NCBI GenBank assembly: GCA_963750165.1
Contig: CAVVPN010000003.1
Span: 1,056,001-1,120,000, forward strand
Direction: 5' to 3'
Length of the DNA stretch: 64,000 nucleotides
Source: an uncultured Gemmataceae bacterium
GTDB taxonomy: Bacteria; Planctomycetota; Planctomycetia; Gemmatales; Gemmataceae
Shown: positions 60,519 to 64,000 of the stretch, one piece after another
How positions within the stretch are numbered: position 1 is the first letter of the stretch
Layout: each line of letters starts with the position of its first letter
Program-made: the position numbers and the translations under genes
The notes under the pieces: model-generated
What the model saw: only the letters and a program-made list of their open reading frames with translations
Database searches by the model: none
Told to the model about the DNA's origin: nothing

Positions 60519-62069
60519 CTAATCGTCCTCGCGCTGCCGGAACACCACGACGTACGCAAAGATCGCCGCGGCGACCAGCACGCCGCCCAGCAGCACCAGG
60601 CGAAGTTGCCGCACCCACTCCGCCTGGCCCAAAAAACGCTCCAGCGTGAAGATGATCGGGATCGTCGCCGCCAGGAAACTGCCGATCCGCACCAGCCATT
60701 CCATGCGCTCACGGTAGCGCGCCTGCAGATAGTTGTTCAGCTCCTCCGACTGCTCGTTGACCTCGCGCAGCAGCGTCCGTGTCTCGAACACCTTCTGCCA
60801 CTTCTTCCACAGCACCAGGCCGCGCTCGCGGTTGGTGATCTGGCTGAACCAGCACTGATTCTTGAACAGCAACAGATCCCGACGCACGCGGCGCAGCAGC
60901 TGCAAGCTGGCGGCGCTGCCGGTGATCAGCTTCTGGATGTCCGCGAAGCGGTCGAACAGCGCCAGCAGCGTCACGCGCTGCAGCGCCGCCAGGAGAAAGA
61001 TGTCGAAGTAATAGGTGCCGTGGTAGACGCCCAGGAAGCGCGCGTGGTAGCGGTCGGTATCGAAGACCACCAGCAGACCGCCGTCCTTGGTGAACCCCTG
61101 CCAGCGCGCCTGCAACCACTCGGCGCCGCTGCCGTCGTGCTCACCCGGCGGCCGCGACGTTTCCTTTGGGTCGATGCCGACCACGGCGTAGCGCTCCAGC
61201 AGGCTCTGGCAGCGGCGCGGGTCGGCCAGCGCCGTTTCCTTGTCGAGGCAGCTGAACGCATAGACCATCATGCGGTCGTCGTAGGTCGGCTTGACCGGCA
61301 GCGGCGTGCCCGGCACCAGGTCCGCAGGCCGCGCCGGCACGGGACCGGCGCCGAACTCGGCCAGCAGGTACGGCAGCAGCGTCTCCATGCGGTAGCGCGT
61401 CGGGCCGGCCACCAGCTCCGGCATCTCGAAGCCGCGGTACAGAGGCGCGATCGTGCGCAGGTAGGCCAGCGCCTCCATCTGGTCGAAGTAGGTCGCTGCC
61501 GGGTCGGTGCCGCGGTAGCGCAGCACCAGGAACGCGACACGGTAGCTGAAGACGATCAGTTCGGCCGACTCCAGCAACAGCTCGTGCGTGACGCTCAGGT
61601 GCTTGCGGAGGTCGGTGCCGCGCAGCGTGAGCGGCAGGCCCTCGGCCGTGATCGGGCCGAGACGGGCCAGGTCAAAGACGAAGTGCCAGCACGTCGGCTT
61701 ACGGGCCGGCTCGTCGCCGTCCGGCTTCTGCGCGAACAGGCTCGGGAACAGGAAGCGGCGGATGTACGGCAGAAAATACTCGGTGCGGTCCACGTCCTCG
61801 GTGTTGTCGAGCGAGAAGACGCGCTCGCGCCAGCGGCCGCCCTGCACCAGACGCTGCACGAGTGGCTGGCCGTCCGCTTCCGGGAAGGTGAACGGCAGCA
61901 CGCACAGCGAGTAATGGCTGACGAGGCGGAAGGTGCGCGGCTGCAAGCGCTCCGGCGTGCCTGGCAGCAATTCGACGCCGCACGAGGGGCGGGCGCAGAA
62001 GGCGGGCAGGGCGCCGGTGTGTTCCAGCCCGCACAGCGGACAGCGCGGCAGTGTGGTCACCGTGGCCAT
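60519..62069 (-). CDS. CorA-like membrane protein (large soluble domain plus 2 C-terminal TM) with N-terminal Cys4 motif
   Basis: CPLC..FCARPSC, YSLCVLPF, EYFLPYIRRFLF, DDRMMV, LQR, WFSQIT...G..LW and two TM helices; no GMN motif. Confidence 0.6.
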   Translation of the reverse strand: MATVTTLPRCPLCGLEHTGALPAFCARPSCGVELLPGTPERLQPRTFRLVSHYSLCVLPFTFPEADGQPLVQRLVQGGRWRERVFSLDNTEDVDRTEYFLPYIRRFLFPSLFAQKPDGDEPARKPTCWHFVFDLARLGPITAEGLPLTLRGTDLRKHLSVTHELLLESAELIVFSYRVAFLVLRYRGTDPAATYFDQMEALAYLRTIAPLYRGFEMPELVAGPTRYRMETLLPYLLAEFGAGPVPARPADLVPGTPLPVKPTYDDRMMVYAFSCLDKETALADPRRCQSLLERYAVVGIDPKETSRPPGEHDGSGAEWLQARWQGFTKDGGLLVVFDTDRYHARFLGVYHGTYYFDIFLLAALQRVTLLALFDRFADIQKLITGSAASLQLLRRVRRDLLLFKNQCWFSQITNRERGLVLWKKWQKVFETRTLLREVNEQSEELNNYLQARYRERMEWLVRIGSFLAATIPIIFTLERFLGQAEWVRQLRLVLLGGVLVAAAIFAYVVVFRQREDD

Positions 62070-62297
62070 GAGGTTCCTTTGCAAGTGGGTTGGTGAGGCG
62101 TCGCACGCCCCGGGTTGATCGTCAACAGTAAGGACGCCGGGAGCGGCGGGGAGGTTCTAGCCTGGCCGGCGGCGTTCGACCATCCCGGGCCGGGCACAAT
62201 TTTCCGCGGGAAGTTCTGGCGGCTGCCGGGGCGCTGTGCTATGGTAAACCCTATCTTTTCGGCAAAAACGCTGTTTCCGTTGGCAAAGGAGACCGGG

Positions 62298-63032
62298 ATG
62301 AGCGACGTGCGTCATCTGGCGTGGGCGCTGCTGGCAGCGCTGGGGCTGGCGCTGCCGGCCCATGCGGGGGAGAAGACCGGCTTCGTGAACGCCGTCCACA
62401 AGGACAAGGACGGCAAGGAGGTCCCCTATGTGGTCTTCGTGCCCCACGACTACAAGGGCGACAAGGACTATCCGGTGATCCTGTTCCTGCACGGCGCCGG
62501 CGAGACCAAGGGCGGCGGCCAGCAGCCCGTGAACGTCGGCATTGGGCCGGCGATCAAGAAGCAGGCGAAAACCTTCCCGTTCATCGTCATCATCCCGCAG
62601 GCCCAGACGAGGGGCTGGGGCGCCAAATCGGACAACGCCGCCCGCGCCCTGGCGATGCTCGCCGAGGTGCAGAAGAAGTACAAGACCGACCGCAAGCGCG
62701 TCTACCTGACGGGACTGTCGATGGGCGGCTTCGGCACCTGGAGCGTGGCGGCGGCGCACCCGAATATGTGGGCGGCCATCGTGCCGATCTGCGGCGGCGG
62801 CAACCCCAAGGACGCGGCGAAAATCAAGGACATTCCGACCTGGGTCTTCCACGGCGACAAGGACACGGCCGTCAAGGTGGACCTGTCGCGGAAGATGGTC
62901 GAGGCCCTCAAGGCCGCCGGCGCCAAGGATGTTCGCTACACCGAGTACCCCGGCGTCGGCCACAACAGCTGGGACCGCGCCTACGCCACGCCCGAGCTGT
63001 ACACCTGGCTGCTCAAGCAGCAGACCAAGTGA
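62298..63032 (+). CDS. Secreted alpha/beta hydrolase (COG4099-type predicted peptidase/esterase)
   Basis: RBS aaggag, PVILFLHGAGE, YLTGLSMGG, VFHGDKD and GVGHNSW. Confidence 0.88.
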   Translation: MSDVRHLAWALLAALGLALPAHAGEKTGFVNAVHKDKDGKEVPYVVFVPHDYKGDKDYPVILFLHGAGETKGGGQQPVNVGIGPAIKKQAKTFPFIVIIPQAQTRGWGAKSDNAARALAMLAEVQKKYKTDRKRVYLTGLSMGGFGTWSVAAAHPNMWAAIVPICGGGNPKDAAKIKDIPTWVFHGDKDTAVKVDLSRKMVEALKAAGAKDVRYTEYPGVGHNSWDRAYATPELYTWLLKQQTK

Positions 63033-63042
63033 TGCCCGCGTC

Positions 63043-63105
63043 GGTCGGAGCCCGAGCGCCAGCGCGGGGCCAGCGCTGCCCCGCGCTGGCGCTCGGGCTC
63101 CGACC
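63043..63105. repeat. REP-like palindrome (GAGCCCGAGCGCCAGCGCGGGG family)
   Basis: 28-bp arms. Confidence 0.9.
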
Positions 63106-63136
63106 AATCACCCGTATCCCTTACCGGAGACCTCTC

Positions 63137-64000
63137 ATGGACCAGCAGCAACCCCAACCGGACGTGACTCGCCGCGACTTCCTGAAGACCAGTGCCGCGG
63201 TCGGCGCCGCCATGTCGCTGAGCGCCGCCAGCTACGCCCGCGTCCAGAACGCCAACGAGAACCTGCGCGTCGCCTTCCTGGGCGTCGGCGGCCGCTGCCA
63301 GGCGCACCTCGACATCATCAACTACCTGGCCCGCAACGGCGGCGGCGTTCGGCCCGTCGGCGTCTGCGACGTGTGGAACGGCAACGCCACCCTCGGCCGC
63401 GGTCTCTACCCGTCCGCCCGCAAGTGCAACCTCAACGTCAACAACCAGAATGAGGTCACCAAGGACTACCGCCGCATTCTCGACCGCCGTGACGTGGACA
63501 TCGTTTGCGTCGCCACGCCGGACCACTGGCACGCCAAGATGTGCATTGACGCCGCCGCCGCCGGCAAGGACGTGTACTGCGAAAAGCCCATGACCAAGAC
63601 CATCGCCGAGGCCCACGCCGTCGTCGATGCCATCCGCCGCAACAACCGCGTCATGACCGTCGGTGTGCAGTCGATGGCGGACCCGACCTGGCGGCTGGCC
63701 AACGAGATGATCCGCCGCGGCGACATCGGCCACGTCGCCCAGGCCCAGACCAGCTACTATCGCAACTACATCGGCGGTCAGTGGCGCTACTACCGCCTGA
63801 CGGCGGACATGAACCCGACCACCATCGACTGGCCGATGTTCCTGGGCACCAACTTCTCAGTGTTCCCCGGCACGCCGCTGGCGCCGAGCATTCCGTTCGA
63901 CCGCGCCATCTACGGCCAGTGGCGCTGCTACTGGCAGTTCGGCGGCGGCATGTTCACCGACCTGTTCGTCCACCAGACGACGCACATGATTGCGGCGATG
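63137..64000 (+). CDS. Tat-exported Gfo/Idh/MocA oxidoreductase, 3'-partial
   Basis: TRRDFLK, LRVAFLGVGGR, ATPDHWH, KDVYCEKP and GGGMFTDLFVH. Confidence 0.92.
   Translation, partial: MDQQQPQPDVTRRDFLKTSAAVGAAMSLSAASYARVQNANENLRVAFLGVGGRCQAHLDIINYLARNGGGVRPVGVCDVWNGNATLGRGLYPSARKCNLNVNNQNEVTKDYRRILDRRDVDIVCVATPDHWHAKMCIDAAAAGKDVYCEKPMTKTIAEAHAVVDAIRRNNRVMTVGVQSMADPTWRLANEMIRRGDIGHVAQAQTSYYRNYIGGQWRYYRLTADMNPTTIDWPMFLGTNFSVFPGTPLAPSIPFDRAIYGQWRCYWQFGGGMFTDLFVHQTTHMIAAM

Overview
GC-rich bacterial DNA that looks like a Planctomycete, probably Gemmataceae. The basis is DUF1559, PVC-type CxxCH, DUF4058/Uma2, DUF58-BatA-VWA, many PQQ-like propellers and a Tat-Gfo/Idh gene. There are about 55 genes or gene fragments, and no rRNA, tRNA, CRISPR array, integrase or intact transposase was seen. 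About 18 genes carry small frameshifts, nearly all next to GCGC. This is best read as long-read assembly error, possibly caused by methylation. The most interesting region is a co-oriented cluster at 32.3-48.7 kb. It holds five secreted PQQ-like beta-propellers, a PaaK-like CoA ligase, an EhpF/LuxE-like adenylating enzyme, an EhpG/LuxC-like reductase, an Fe-alcohol dehydrogenase and an FMN split-barrel protein. Together they suggest an uncharacterised carboxylate activation/reduction pathway, with toxin-antitoxin-type genes fitted in by stop/start overlaps. Other points: an active plus pseudo M6 protease pair, a CorA-like protein resembling CRISPR-associated CorA, an Rpn-like gene followed by a stand-alone copy of its C-terminus, a toxin-antitoxin pair bracketed by a duplicated gene 3' end, and many intergenic palindromic repeat families. 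All family assignments come from motif recognition by eye; no database searches were run.
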